A DNA stretch of 64,000 nucleotides from the NCBI GenBank assembly GCA_965227515.1, contig CBDDFZ010000002.1, positions 1,024,001-1,088,000 on the forward strand, read 5' to 3'. This DNA comes from Alphaproteobacteria bacterium (lineage in GTDB: Bacteria > Pseudomonadota > Alphaproteobacteria > CALKHQ01). Numbering within the stretch: the stretch's first letter is position 1; each line of letters opens with the position of its first letter. The notes below the pieces were generated by a model. It was given only the letters and a program-made list of their open reading frames with translations, was not told the origin of the DNA and did no database searches. The position numbers were made by a program, and so were the translations under genes. Positions 29,163 through 41,452 of this stretch are shown here, one piece after another.

Positions 29163-29891
29163 TTAGTCGTCCACCATCTCGGTCACGTAGCGGTAGTCGA
29201 CCTCGATGCCGAGCAGGCACTTGTCGGCGCGGCGCCGAGCCGGCTGTTCACGAGGTTCGCGCGTCCTCGGGCACTCGCACTTCAGCGGCACCGGAAAATT
29301 GTACTCGATCTTATGCAGGCCGGCGCCGCCCGGCACGCGTACCAACTTGGCCGGTTTGGACTTGATCTTCTTGGTGGGCTGAAGCGTGTAGACGCTTTGC
29401 ACGGCACCGCACCGCTTGACCGGGCTTTGCAGGACGGAAACCTTCGGGTGGTGGGCGCCGTCGTAGCTGACCTTGAGCTCCAGTCGGGTGACGTTGCATT
29501 TGCCGCCGGCGCGATGGCAGCGGCAGAAGAACGGAAACTGGAACACAAGCTCCAGGCGCTCGAAGTCACCTGTCTTGCGATAACCCGCCGGCTGGCCGGT
29601 CGACGGGTACGGTGGCTCGTGCGACATCACCTCTCTCGTCACCACCCAACGGTGATTCTGCAGCATGAGGACGGGGTCGCGGCCGCGTGGCGTGGGCGGC
29701 TCGGGTGCGGGCGGGGCCGGCGGTGACGGCGGCCGGCGTGGCCGCGTATTGCGGATCCGCACTTCCTTCTTCTTCCTGAGCTTGTACTTCAGGTCAAAGA
29801 CGCCGGAGCGCAGGTCGCCGCGGCATGTGCGGTTTGGCTGGACGAACGTGATGAACTCGAAGCTCTTGATGTGAATCTGCATGTGCGGCAT
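29163..29891 (-). CDS. basic, Pro/Cys-rich hypothetical protein (ORFan-like)
   Basis: 242-aa ORF with GC-rich third positions and AAG-rich codons; fills the gap between convergent genes. Confidence 0.55.
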   Translation of the reverse strand: MPHMQIHIKSFEFITFVQPNRTCRGDLRSGVFDLKYKLRKKKEVRIRNTRPRRPPSPPAPPAPEPPTPRGRDPVLMLQNHRWVVTREVMSHEPPYPSTGQPAGYRKTGDFERLELVFQFPFFCRCHRAGGKCNVTRLELKVSYDGAHHPKVSVLQSPVKRCGAVQSVYTLQPTKKIKSKPAKLVRVPGGAGLHKIEYNFPVPLKCECPRTREPREQPARRRADKCLLGIEVDYRYVTEMVDD

Positions 29892-30136
29892 GGCGACACC
29901 CGCGTGGTTCGCGATCTGCGCACAGGCGGTCCAAGACCGATGGTGTTGGGCTGTCGTGGCGAACAGGCCACGAAATGCAGTTATCGATGGCGTCTCATGC
30001 CATGTCGGCGTCCCGCGCTGCGTGCGCGGGCTTGGCTACTCTGATGGCTGATCGCTTGGTTTGAAGCACCAGTCTTGCACGACCGTTGCCGGTTGTGAAC
30101 CGGCGCGCCCGCGATGGACGTGAGGTGGCTCAGCGC

Positions 30137-30193
30137 CGTAGCCCGGGTGGAGCGTAGCGAAACCCGGGTTCCACTTCGGTCCACCCAGGCCAC
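30137..30193. repeat. GTAG-REP-derived 57-bp direct repeat, left copy
   Basis: matches 31052-31108 with 4 mismatches. Confidence 0.9.
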
Positions 30194-30258
30194 GGGGCTA
30201 ATCGATCAAACGCGCGAATGGAGTGGCACGTCATCCGGGTCAGACAGCAACCGACCAG

Positions 30259-30290
30259 CCCTGGATTGCGCTTCGATCCCTCCAGGTTAC
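30259..30290. repeat. degenerate inverted GTAG-REP
   Basis: CCCTGGATTGCGCTTCG..TCCAGGTTAC resembles 10862-10894. Confidence 0.6.
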
Positions 30291-30359
30291 AAGTTCATTG
30301 TGAATCGAGTAGAGAGTCCATAGTCCTGTGGGTCTGTTATAACACTGTCGAGGTCAACG

Positions 30360-31004
30360 ATGTGTGCAGCGAAAAAAGTAATTCCTGAGTATTTCTATGT
30401 ATTTGTAGATAACAACAATCTTCAGACGAAATGGAATTTCAACCTACGTGGTGTTTTCTCTTCTTCCGCATTCACGCAGGCAGCGACTGGAGATGAGAGA
30501 ATTAGAAAGCTTTACCTGAGCGGCGAAGCCACGTACCTACCATACATTCTGGGCAAACCTTCGGTGGATTTTGTATCTCCATATTTGCTCACAGCAATAC
30601 AAAAGTACCGAATTGAATACGATGCAGAAATTTGCCGATATTCTAAATATTCAACACTACCATCTCGCATGTCGGCCGTTTTTGCGTTTGGTGACATAAA
30701 TTCTTGTGAAATGGCTGCTCAACGATATGGATGGGACATTGGAAGCGTGAACAAGTTTAGGCTCCTGGAGCACGATCTGAACCGTATTGCTCGAGTGAAT
30801 ATGGAGATTGTAAGCTTGGCAAGTCTGGTTTATAGGCACAGTAGTCTTGATCAGATGGAAATTCAGAAATATTGGACTGCGTATTGGTCTGGAGTAGATG
30901 TAATGGAAATGGAAATACCTGGTGCAGAATTCGGCTCTCGTAAGCGAGTTCGATGTGATGTTATTTGGGAGTATTTGATCGAAGGTGCGTTAATGAAGGT
31001 GTGA
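30360..31004 (+). CDS. DUF2441-like protein (ADP-ribosyltransferase-fold clan); low GC
   Basis: E..R...Y..LPSR.S.VFAF, YW.G and WEYLIEG pattern; AT-rich. Confidence 0.65.
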   Translation: MCAAKKVIPEYFYVFVDNNNLQTKWNFNLRGVFSSSAFTQAATGDERIRKLYLSGEATYLPYILGKPSVDFVSPYLLTAIQKYRIEYDAEICRYSKYSTLPSRMSAVFAFGDINSCEMAAQRYGWDIGSVNKFRLLEHDLNRIARVNMEIVSLASLVYRHSSLDQMEIQKYWTAYWSGVDVMEMEIPGAEFGSRKRVRCDVIWEYLIEGALMKV

Positions 31005-31051
31005 TTGCCGTAGATGTAGCTGCGACATGTCGGGAATAGTAGTGGCAGCAT

Positions 31052-31108
31052 CGTAGCCCGGGTGGAGCGCAGCGAAACCCGGGTTCAACTTCCGTCCACC
31101 CAGGCTAC
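31052..31108. repeat. GTAG-REP-derived 57-bp direct repeat, right copy
   Basis: matches 30137-30193. Confidence 0.9.
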
Positions 31109-31115
31109 CGGACCA

Positions 31116-32801
31116 TCAGTCCATCATCGCCACGAAGCCGGCTGCGTAGGGGCCGATGTCGATGCCGTCGTCGGCCAGGCTGACGACGAAGCCGCTGTCG
31201 CCCAGCACCTCGGCGCGGTTGATCTGGTCGGCGCTCAGCGGGTGGCGCAACGGCGTGGCGGTCAGGTTGAACAGGCACAGCAGCGTCTGGTCGTCGCCAC
31301 GGCGCAGGAACACGATCAGCTCGTCGGCGCTGTCCAGCAGTTCGATGTCGTGGGTGGCGAGCGCCGGCTGTTCCTTGCGCCAGCGCAGGAACGTGCGCAC
31401 GTGGTGGAGCGGGCTGTTGGGGTCGCTCTCCTGCACGTCGACGGCGCGCTTCAGGTGGTCGTCGTCGATCGGCAGCCACGGCTCGGCGGTCGAGAACCCG
31501 GCATGCTTGGCCCGGGCCTGCCACGGCATCGGCGTGCGCGCGCCGTCGCGGCCCTTGAAGTGCGGGTAGTACTTGATCGAGAACGGGTCGCGCATCCGCT
31601 CGAACGGCACGTGGCCGTCTGCCATTCCCAGTTCCGCGCCCTGATAGATGCAGGCGCTGCCGTTCAGGCTGGTCTCGAACGCGATCACCGCCGCCGCCAG
31701 ATGCGACTGCTGGTCGGCGCTCAGGCCGTCGCCGGCCAGCCGCCCGACCACCCGCGGCAGATCGTGGTTGGAGGTGGTGTAGACGATCTTGTCGGCGCCG
31801 ATCGTCTCCAGGCAGCGGACCACCTCTTGCCGCATCTGCTGGGGCGGCATCACGTCGAAGCTCAGGAGGCTGAAATTGTAGGCCGCGTGCAGCAGCTTGT
31901 CGGTGGCGGTGTACTTGGCGGTGACGTCGAGCGACTTCGGGCCGCCGACCTCGCCGACCAGATAGCGGTCGCCGTCATAGCTGTCGGCCAGCGCGCGCAA
32001 CTCGGCCAGCACCTCCAGCCCGCGCGGCTGCTCGAACTGGTGGCTTTCCTGGTCCTGCATCGCCACCGGCCCCTGCATCGCGTCGGTCTTCGGTGCCGGC
32101 AGATTGTCGGCCAGGCTGGGATCGTGGGTCAGGGTGTGGATGGCGTCGAGCCTCAACCCGTCGACGCCCTTGTCGAGCCAGAACCGGCAGGCGTCCAGCG
32201 CCGCCGCCACCACCTCCGGGTTGTGGTAGTTCAGGTTCGGCTGCTCGGGCAGGAAATGGTGCAGATAGTACTGCTGGCGCTGGTTGTCCCACGACCAGGC
32301 GCGGCCGCCGAAGATCGACATCCAGTTGTTGGGCTCGGTGCCGTCGGGCTTCGGATCGGCCCACACGTACCAGTCCGCCTTCGGGTTGTCGCGGCTCGAC
32401 CGGCTCTCCTTGAACCAGGCGTGCTGGTCGGACGAGTGGCACAGCACCATGTCGACCAGCATCTTCAGGCCGGCGCCGTGGGTCGCCTCCAGCAGGCGGT
32501 CGAAATCCGCGTTGGTGCCGAACAGCGGGTCGACCTTGCAGTAGTCGGAGACGTCGTAGCCGAAGTCGCGCATCGGCGAGGCGACGAAAGGCGAGATCCA
32601 GATCGCATCGACGCCGAGGGCGGCCACGTAGGGCAGCCGATCCAGAATGCCCTTCAGATCGCCGACCCCGTCGCCATTGCTGTCCTGAAACGAGCGCGGA
32701 TAGATCTGATAGAGCACCATGGCGTCGTGCCAGGGCCGGGTGGCGGCGCCATCCGTCTGCTTGTTGTCGCGGTCAAGGGTCGGCGGTGGGGTTGTGGACA
32801 T
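31116..32801 (-). CDS. alpha-glucosidase (GH13)
   Basis: YQIYPRSFQDSNGDGVGDL, DFGYDVSDY, GLRLDA, SNHD and RDGARTPMPW motifs. Confidence 0.95.
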   Translation of the reverse strand: MSTTPPPTLDRDNKQTDGAATRPWHDAMVLYQIYPRSFQDSNGDGVGDLKGILDRLPYVAALGVDAIWISPFVASPMRDFGYDVSDYCKVDPLFGTNADFDRLLEATHGAGLKMLVDMVLCHSSDQHAWFKESRSSRDNPKADWYVWADPKPDGTEPNNWMSIFGGRAWSWDNQRQQYYLHHFLPEQPNLNYHNPEVVAAALDACRFWLDKGVDGLRLDAIHTLTHDPSLADNLPAPKTDAMQGPVAMQDQESHQFEQPRGLEVLAELRALADSYDGDRYLVGEVGGPKSLDVTAKYTATDKLLHAAYNFSLLSFDVMPPQQMRQEVVRCLETIGADKIVYTTSNHDLPRVVGRLAGDGLSADQQSHLAAAVIAFETSLNGSACIYQGAELGMADGHVPFERMRDPFSIKYYPHFKGRDGARTPMPWQARAKHAGFSTAEPWLPIDDDHLKRAVDVQESDPNSPLHHVRTFLRWRKEQPALATHDIELLDSADELIVFLRRGDDQTLLCLFNLTATPLRHPLSADQINRAEVLGDSGFVVSLADDGIDIGPYAAGFVAMMD

Positions 32802-32807
32802 GAAGCC

Positions 32808-34472
32808 CTACCTGTTCGTGCTGCCCGCGCCAGGCGGGGGCTGTTGCGTCATTGCGGAGTCAACGTCGATGCGCTCCTTGAAGGTGTCGGCATCGGCGGC
32901 GGCCCACCATTGCGCATAGGGCGTCTCGTCGGGCGCGTCCAGCAGCGCGTTCTCGGGCAGGAAGCGGTGCACTTCGCCCAGCGACCTCGCCTCCACGGTG
33001 TTGACGCGCATGGACAAGTGGTGCGGCTGCAGGTCGCGCGGGTGACGGTGGCCGACCGCGGCGACGATGTCGGCCAGCGCCTCCACCGTCTTGGCATGAA
33101 AGCGCGCGGCACGCTCGCCCTGCACCGGCACCACCAGCCCGCGCTGGCGCCACTTGTCCTGGGTCGTGATGCCGGTGGGGCAATCGCCCAGATGGCAGCG
33201 CTGCGCCTGGATGCAGCCGATGGACATCATGAAGGCGCGCGCCGCGTTGCACCAGTCGGCGCCCAGCGCCAGGTTCCGCGCCAGGCCCATGCCGGAATAG
33301 ACCTTGCCGCTGGCGGCCAGCCGCACGTGCCGGCGCAGCCCGGTGCCGACCAGGGCGTCGCGCACCATCACCAGCCCTTCGCTCAGCGGCATGCCGACCC
33401 AGTCCGACAATTCCAGCGGCGCCGCGCCGGTGCCGCCTTCGCCGCCGTCGACGACGATGAAGTCCAGGTGGATGCCGGTCTTCAGCATCGCCTTCATGAT
33501 CGCCAGCACCTCGTGCGGCTTGCCGACGCAAAGCTTGATGCCGACCGGCTTGCCGCCGGAAAGCTCGCGCATCCGGGCCGCGAACTCCAGCATCTCCACC
33601 GGTGTGGAGAACGCCGAATGGCCGCGCGGCGACAGGCAGTCGGCAAAGGGCTCGATCTGCCGTGCCTCGGCGATCTCCGGCGTCACCTTGGCGCCCGGCA
33701 GCATGCCGCCATGGCCCGGCTTGGCCCCCTGGCTCAGCTTGATCTCGGTCATCTTGACCTCGTCGCGCTGGGCGTTGTCGGCGAACTTCGCGGCGTCGAA
33801 CCCACCGGCCGCGTCGCGGCAGCCGAAATAGCCCGAGCCAAGCTCCCAGGCCAGGTCGCCGCCATGTGCCAGGTGATAGCGGCTGATGCCGCCCTCGCCG
33901 GTGTCGTGGTAGAAATTGCCCTGATTTGCCCCCAGGTTCAGCGCCTCGATGGCGTGGGCCGACAGCGAGCCGAAGCTCATCGCCGACACGTTGAGCACCG
34001 AGGCCGAGTAGGGCTTGGCGCACTGGTCGTTACCGACATCGACGCGCGGGTCGGTATCGGGTGCGTCGGCCGGCGCGATGGAGTGCGACACCCAGGTGTA
34101 GCCGACGTCGTCGATGTCGCGTTCGGTGCCGAACGGGTGCGCGTCGGGCTCGCCGCGGGCGCGGGCATAGACCAGGTTGCGCGCCTCGAAACTGAAGGGC
34201 TTGCCCTCCAGGTCGCCCTCCACGATGTACTGCCGCAGGAACGGCCTGAGGTCGTAGAACAGCCACCGGAACCGGGCCAGCACCGGGTAGTTGCGGGTCA
34301 GGGTCCAGCGGGTCTGGAAAAGGTCGAACAGGCCGAGCGCCACCAGCGGCACGCAGACGGCGAGGGCCAGGATCATCAGCCACAGCGGCCACGCGAACAC
34401 GACCGCGCACACCGCGAGCGCGAGGGCGGCGAGCGGGATGACGCCGCGTTGCAGGGCGGCGAGCGCGCTCAT
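32808..34472 (-). CDS. membrane-anchored FMN-binding glutamate synthase family protein (YerD-like)
   Basis: SAMSFGSLS, TGEGG, IKLSQGAKPG, DGGEGGTGAA and CIQAQRCH..CPTG motifs. Confidence 0.92.
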   Translation of the reverse strand: MSALAALQRGVIPLAALALAVCAVVFAWPLWLMILALAVCVPLVALGLFDLFQTRWTLTRNYPVLARFRWLFYDLRPFLRQYIVEGDLEGKPFSFEARNLVYARARGEPDAHPFGTERDIDDVGYTWVSHSIAPADAPDTDPRVDVGNDQCAKPYSASVLNVSAMSFGSLSAHAIEALNLGANQGNFYHDTGEGGISRYHLAHGGDLAWELGSGYFGCRDAAGGFDAAKFADNAQRDEVKMTEIKLSQGAKPGHGGMLPGAKVTPEIAEARQIEPFADCLSPRGHSAFSTPVEMLEFAARMRELSGGKPVGIKLCVGKPHEVLAIMKAMLKTGIHLDFIVVDGGEGGTGAAPLELSDWVGMPLSEGLVMVRDALVGTGLRRHVRLAASGKVYSGMGLARNLALGADWCNAARAFMMSIGCIQAQRCHLGDCPTGITTQDKWRQRGLVVPVQGERAARFHAKTVEALADIVAAVGHRHPRDLQPHHLSMRVNTVEARSLGEVHRFLPENALLDAPDETPYAQWWAAADADTFKERIDVDSAMTQQPPPGAGSTNR

Positions 34473-34737
34473 GGCCGGGCGCTCTTGCTTAGGCGGTGGT
34501 GCGCGTCTTTGCGGACATCGAGGCGGGCAGGCGGGGGCAAGGCGATGCTGGTCATGCGGCGGAGTATATCTGCTGAGCCACGGATCGTGCCATCGGCTGT
34601 GCCGCCGCCGGCCCGATTGTTTCGTGTCAGGAAACAGCCATTCCTGGTCGAAAAAACCTGCGCGTCTGTCAGTTCCGCCTGTACCGCTTAGGAAGCCGCA
34701 ACCTTCGGATACAATTCCAGAAATTCGGCATCCGCAG

Positions 34738-34766
34738 TTGACACATCTCCGATCTGGGCCAACACT
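34738..34766 (+). promoter_or_regulatory. putative sigma70 promoter of the sugar ABC operon
   Basis: TTGACA-17 bp-AACACT about 60 bp upstream of the start. Confidence 0.45.
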
Positions 34767-34825
34767 TGGATGCAGAAGATGACGGTAAATCAGTGCCGTC
34801 AGGAAAAGATAATTGGGAGGATACC

Positions 34826-36097
34826 ATGAGGCTGAACGCTTTCAGCGCCGCCCTTTTCGCTGGCGTCTCCGCGATGGCCCTGGCCAGCTACGCATCGGCC
34901 GAAGAGGTCTCGATCGTCTCCGGTGCCGTCGGCAACGACCTTGAGATCCTGCGCGGCCAGCTCGACCGTTGGGAGGAGGCCACCGGCCACACCGCCAACA
35001 TCGTCTCCATGCCGCCGTCGACGACCGACCAGTTCGGCCAGTACCGCCTGTGGCTGGCGGCCGGCAACACCGATATCGACATCTACCGGGTGGACGTGAT
35101 CTGGGCGCCGCAGCTCTCAGAGCACTTCCTCGATCTCAGCGAAGCGGCCGCCGACATCGTGGACGACCACTTCCCGTCGATCATCGAGTCCCAGACCGTG
35201 GACGGCAAGCTGGTGGCGCTGCCGTTCTTCACCGATGCGCCGGCGCTGTACTACCGCACGGACCTGCTTGAGGCGCACGGCGCCTCGGTGCCGGCCACCT
35301 GGGCCGAGCTTGCCGAGACCGCGCAGATGATCATGGATGCGGAGCGCGCGGCCGGCAACGACGGCATCTATGGCTTCGTCTTCCAGGGCGCGCCCTACGA
35401 GGGCCTGACCTGCGACGCGCTGGAGTGGGTGAAGAGCCACGGCGGCGGGCAGATCGTGGAGCCGGACGGCGAAATCTCGATCAACAACGAGAACGCGGCT
35501 GCCGCCCTTGAGATGGCTGCGTCGTGGATCGGCACCATCGCGCCGGAAGGCGTGCTGTCCTACAAGGAAGAGGACGCGCGCGGCGTTTGGCAGACTGGCA
35601 ATGCCGTGTTCATGCGCAACTGGCCGTATGCGTATTCGTTGGGCAACGGCGACGACTCCGCCGTGAAGGATCTGTTCGGCGTGGCCCCGCTGCCGATTGG
35701 CGAGGGTGGCGACACCTCCGCGGCGACCCTGGGCGGCTGGAACCTGGCCGTGTCCAAGTACTCGCAGAATCCCGACATCGCCATCGAACTGGCCCTCTAC
35801 CTGGCCAGCGAAGAGGTGCAGAAGGAAAATGCCATCGTCGGTTCGCGCCTGCCGACCATCGTGTCCTTGTACGAGGACGCGGACGTGGCGGCCGAGCAGC
35901 CGATCATTCCGCAGTGGAAGGACATCTTCCTGGCCGCCGTGCCGCGCCCGTCCGCGCCGACCAAGACCAGCTACAACGAGGTCAGCCAGGCGTTCTGGAA
36001 CGCGGTGCACGCGACCCTGTCGGGCAACGGCTCGGCCGCGGACAACCTTGCGGAACTTGAGCGCAACCTGAAGCGCCTGCGGGCCTCCGGCTGGTAG
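34826..36097 (+). CDS. trehalose/maltose-type sugar ABC transporter substrate-binding protein
   Basis: signal peptide; DVIW, YEGLTC, FMRNWPY and LGGW motifs. Confidence 0.93.
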   Translation: MRLNAFSAALFAGVSAMALASYASAEEVSIVSGAVGNDLEILRGQLDRWEEATGHTANIVSMPPSTTDQFGQYRLWLAAGNTDIDIYRVDVIWAPQLSEHFLDLSEAAADIVDDHFPSIIESQTVDGKLVALPFFTDAPALYYRTDLLEAHGASVPATWAELAETAQMIMDAERAAGNDGIYGFVFQGAPYEGLTCDALEWVKSHGGGQIVEPDGEISINNENAAAALEMAASWIGTIAPEGVLSYKEEDARGVWQTGNAVFMRNWPYAYSLGNGDDSAVKDLFGVAPLPIGEGGDTSAATLGGWNLAVSKYSQNPDIAIELALYLASEEVQKENAIVGSRLPTIVSLYEDADVAAEQPIIPQWKDIFLAAVPRPSAPTKTSYNEVSQAFWNAVHATLSGNGSAADNLAELERNLKRLRASGW

Positions 36098-36210
36098 CCG
36101 GCAGCGCTCGCGCCAACGGCCAACCGCACCCGGATTCCGTCTTCTAGGGATCCGGGTGCGTCGCCGCCGCCGACGCGAGAGACGCCAAGCCCCTTCCCCC
36201 CGGTGGCGAC

Positions 36211-37234
36211 ATGGCATCCAGCAACACAAGCTCAGACGTAGCCGGCGCAGCGGTCGACACAGTGGCCGAGGCCTCCGCGGCGATCGGTGGCCATGGGGCC
36301 GCTGGCGGCGCGTCGCGCGGATCGCAGCTCACCCGCAGCCGGGTCCGCGATGCCTGGCTCTACCTGACACCGATGCTGGTGGTGCTGGCGCTGGTCGCCG
36401 GCTACCCGCTGTTGATGACCATCTTCTACGGCTTCACCGACGCCACGTTGACCACCGCGTTCAACTGGGATTTCGAGTGGGTCGGCTTCAACAACTACCT
36501 TGAGTATTTCGACTACGGCGACGGCACCGGCGACTATTTCGGCCTGCTGGTGGAATCGCAGTGGATCAACGCGGTCTGGAACACCATCAAGTTCACCGTG
36601 ATCTCGGTCAGCCTAGAAACCATCCTGGGCATGGCCGTGGCGCTGACCCTGCACGCGCATTTCCGCGGCCGTGGCCTGCTGCGCACCGCGATCCTGATCC
36701 CGTGGGCGATCCCCACCATCGTGTCGGCGAAGATGTGGGCGTGGATGCTGCACGACCAGTTCGGCATCATCAACGACCTGCTGATGGGCCTGGGCGTGAT
36801 CGCCGAGCCGATCGCATGGACGGCCTCACCCGACACCGCCATGGCGGCCGTCATCATCGTCGACGTCTGGAAGACGACGCCGTTCATGGCATTGCTGATC
36901 CTGGCCGGGCTGCAGATGCTGCCGGGCGACATCTACGAGGCGGCGAAGGTCGACGGCATCCATCCGGTCAAGGTGTTCTTCAAGGTGACCCTGCCGCTGG
37001 TGCGCCCCGCGCTGATGGTGGCGGTGATCTTCCGCGCGCTCGACAGCCTGCGCATCTTCGACCTGATCTACGTGTTGACGCCGAACAATGCCGAGACGCG
37101 CACCATGTCGATCTACGCGCAGGAGAACCTGTTCCAGTTCGACAAGTTCTATTACGGCTCGGCGGCCTCAACGCTGCTGTTCCTGGTGATCGCCATGCTT
37201 GTGATCACCGTCATCAAATTCGGGCGGATGCGTC

Positions 37235-37245
<11 letters not shown>
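36211..37245 (+). CDS. sugar ABC transporter permease (MalF/ThuF-like)
   Basis: DVWKTTPF and the EAA loop YEAAKVDG. Confidence 0.93.
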
Positions 37246-38491
<1,246 letters not shown>

Positions 38492-38510
38492 CAGAGGGGC
38501 TTATCGGGAT

Positions 38511-39635
<1,125 letters not shown>

Positions 39636-39659
39636 CTATTGCCAGTGCTGAATCCTGTC

Positions 39660-39688
39660 AGGGGCGCCGGGCTGACCGGCGCCCCTTT
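39660..39688 (+). terminator. hairpin terminator after the ABC operon
   Basis: AGGGGCGCCGG-loop-CCGGCGCCCCT followed by TT. Confidence 0.65.
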
Positions 39689-39712
39689 GCGCGTGTTTGA
39701 AGGACCCCTGCA

Positions 39713-40159
39713 TCAGCAGTCATAGTGCTCGCCGCTCTGGGGCGATACGCAGTACGAGATGTCCTCGATGCAGATATCGTCCGAATCGCAGTTGTACTCG
39801 GTGCAGTGGGCGATGCCCTGGTTGTCGGCCTCGCACTCGCGCTTCTCGTAGGCCGTCGTGCCGGGCGGCAGATCGGCTGCCAGCCCCATGAGGAGATCCA
39901 GGCGGACATCGTGAGCCACCAGACCGTCGCTGAATTCGGACGGCGCGAACTCGTCGATCACCAGGGGTGCCGGCGGCAGCCGGTGGGTGGTCAGGCCGGT
40001 CGGGCCCGCGTTCGGCAGCGGCGTCGGATCGACCGGCACGACCGACACCTCGGGGCGCGGTGCCGCCGTCGATGAATTCGGGTCGGTGGCCAGGCTCTGA
40101 TTGGCCAGCGCTATGCCGGCGACCAGGACGCAACCCATCTGGGCAAATGTCTTCAACAT
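39713..40159 (-). CDS. secreted hypothetical protein with a 6-Cys C-terminal domain
   Basis: GGAG RBS, signal peptide, Pro-rich linker, acidic Cys-rich tail. Confidence 0.7.
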   Translation of the reverse strand: MLKTFAQMGCVLVAGIALANQSLATDPNSSTAAPRPEVSVVPVDPTPLPNAGPTGLTTHRLPPAPLVIDEFAPSEFSDGLVAHDVRLDLLMGLAADLPPGTTAYEKRECEADNQGIAHCTEYNCDSDDICIEDISYCVSPQSGEHYDC

Positions 40160-40301
40160 GATCTCACTCCTCCATTGGTGCCGACACAATGCCGCCACAT
40201 TCGGAGGTCGCCCGAGCGCGATCAGAGGTTCATTGCAACGGGCTCAGGGAAAGGCCGACGCGGCCACCATGGCGCCACCGTGACGCCACCGAGCCGGCCG
40301 G

Positions 40302-41189
40302 TCACTCGCACCACTTGAAGTGCAGAGCGTTCTCGACACCGTCGACATAGGGCTCGCCGAGGGTGATCCAGCCCTCGCGTCCCAACTCGGTATCGTTGCG
40401 GCGCAGCAGCGTCTCGCTGCCGTCGAGGTGACGCACGAAGGTGCCGTTCGCGCTGGTGTCGAAGATGCGGAACCGGCCGTGGGCCATTTCGATCCGCGCG
40501 TGGTGCCGCGACACGCGCCCGCCATGGATCACCAGATCGCAGTCGGCATGCCGCCCGATGGAGAGCCGCTGGCGGTCGTCGCCCATTCGCAATGTCTCGC
40601 CGTTGCAGCTGACCTCCAGGGCCCGCTCGCCGCCCGCTTCGCCCATCGCGCCGGTGGCCACCATCGTCGCGTCGTTGTCCTCGCCAAGCAGGCGATAGAC
40701 TTGGATCTGCTCGGCCTTGCCCTTCACCGGCAGCGCGTCCAGGAAGCTGATGCCGGCCTTCAACGGCGCGCTCAACTGGTCGCGTACGTCGCCGGTCATC
40801 AAGACCTCGCCGGGCTGGCTGAGATCGACCACCCGTGACGAGACATTGACGGCGTCGCCGAACACGTCCTCGTCGGTGGCGATGACGGTGCCGGCATGCA
40901 GCCCCACCCGAACCGACAGCCCGCCGCCGAACTCGTTGTCGACCATACGCACCGCGCTCATCAGCGCGGCGTCGGCGGCGTCGAACACCGCGAACAGGCC
41001 ATCGCCCAGGCCCTTGACGACCCGGCCCTTGAAGACGTCCACGTCGCCGTGCAGGGTTGCCAGCACATCGGCCACCAACCGGTATGCACTCTGGTCGCCC
41101 TGCTCGTCATAGAGCCGGGTGCTGTCGCAGATGTCGGCAAACAGGATGGTTGCCGGCAGTCGGTTCTCCGCCAAAGCAGGGCGCTCCAC
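40302..41189 (-). CDS. class III adenylate/guanylate cyclase with C-terminal FHA domain
   Basis: LFADICDST, KGLGDG, FGDAVNVSSR; FHA motifs IGR, VSRHHA and SANGT; start uncertain. Confidence 0.9.
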   Translation of the reverse strand: MERPALAENRLPATILFADICDSTRLYDEQGDQSAYRLVADVLATLHGDVDVFKGRVVKGLGDGLFAVFDAADAALMSAVRMVDNEFGGGLSVRVGLHAGTVIATDEDVFGDAVNVSSRVVDLSQPGEVLMTGDVRDQLSAPLKAGISFLDALPVKGKAEQIQVYRLLGEDNDATMVATGAMGEAGGERALEVSCNGETLRMGDDRQRLSIGRHADCDLVIHGGRVSRHHARIEMAHGRFRIFDTSANGTFVRHLDGSETLLRRNDTELGREGWITLGEPYVDGVENALHFKWCE

Positions 41190-41452
41190 TGCACATGAAT
41201 GAGCGATCGGCCGGGGGGCTTCGGTCGCGGACGCTAACCTAGCCAATCCGTCAACGGAATTCGAGCATGGTTTGGGCCCACTGTGCAGTGACTGCCGACA
41301 CAAGCATAGGCGATGCGACAGGCGGCCGCGGAACGGGCGGTCTGCCTCACCGGCGCCCGATTAACCCGGCATTGAGGCCGGGTGACTATGTGGTAACAGT
41401 CGGATTGCCAGGGTCGAATCGCGGCGCTGGCCAAGCAATGGGAGCATGATTG

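Noticed and set aside
31062-34691. 1209-aa plus-strand ORF (also 55402-58221 minus, 17206-18960 plus and similar long ORFs)
   Set aside because: Antisense shadows of real GC-rich genes; no motifs and biased composition
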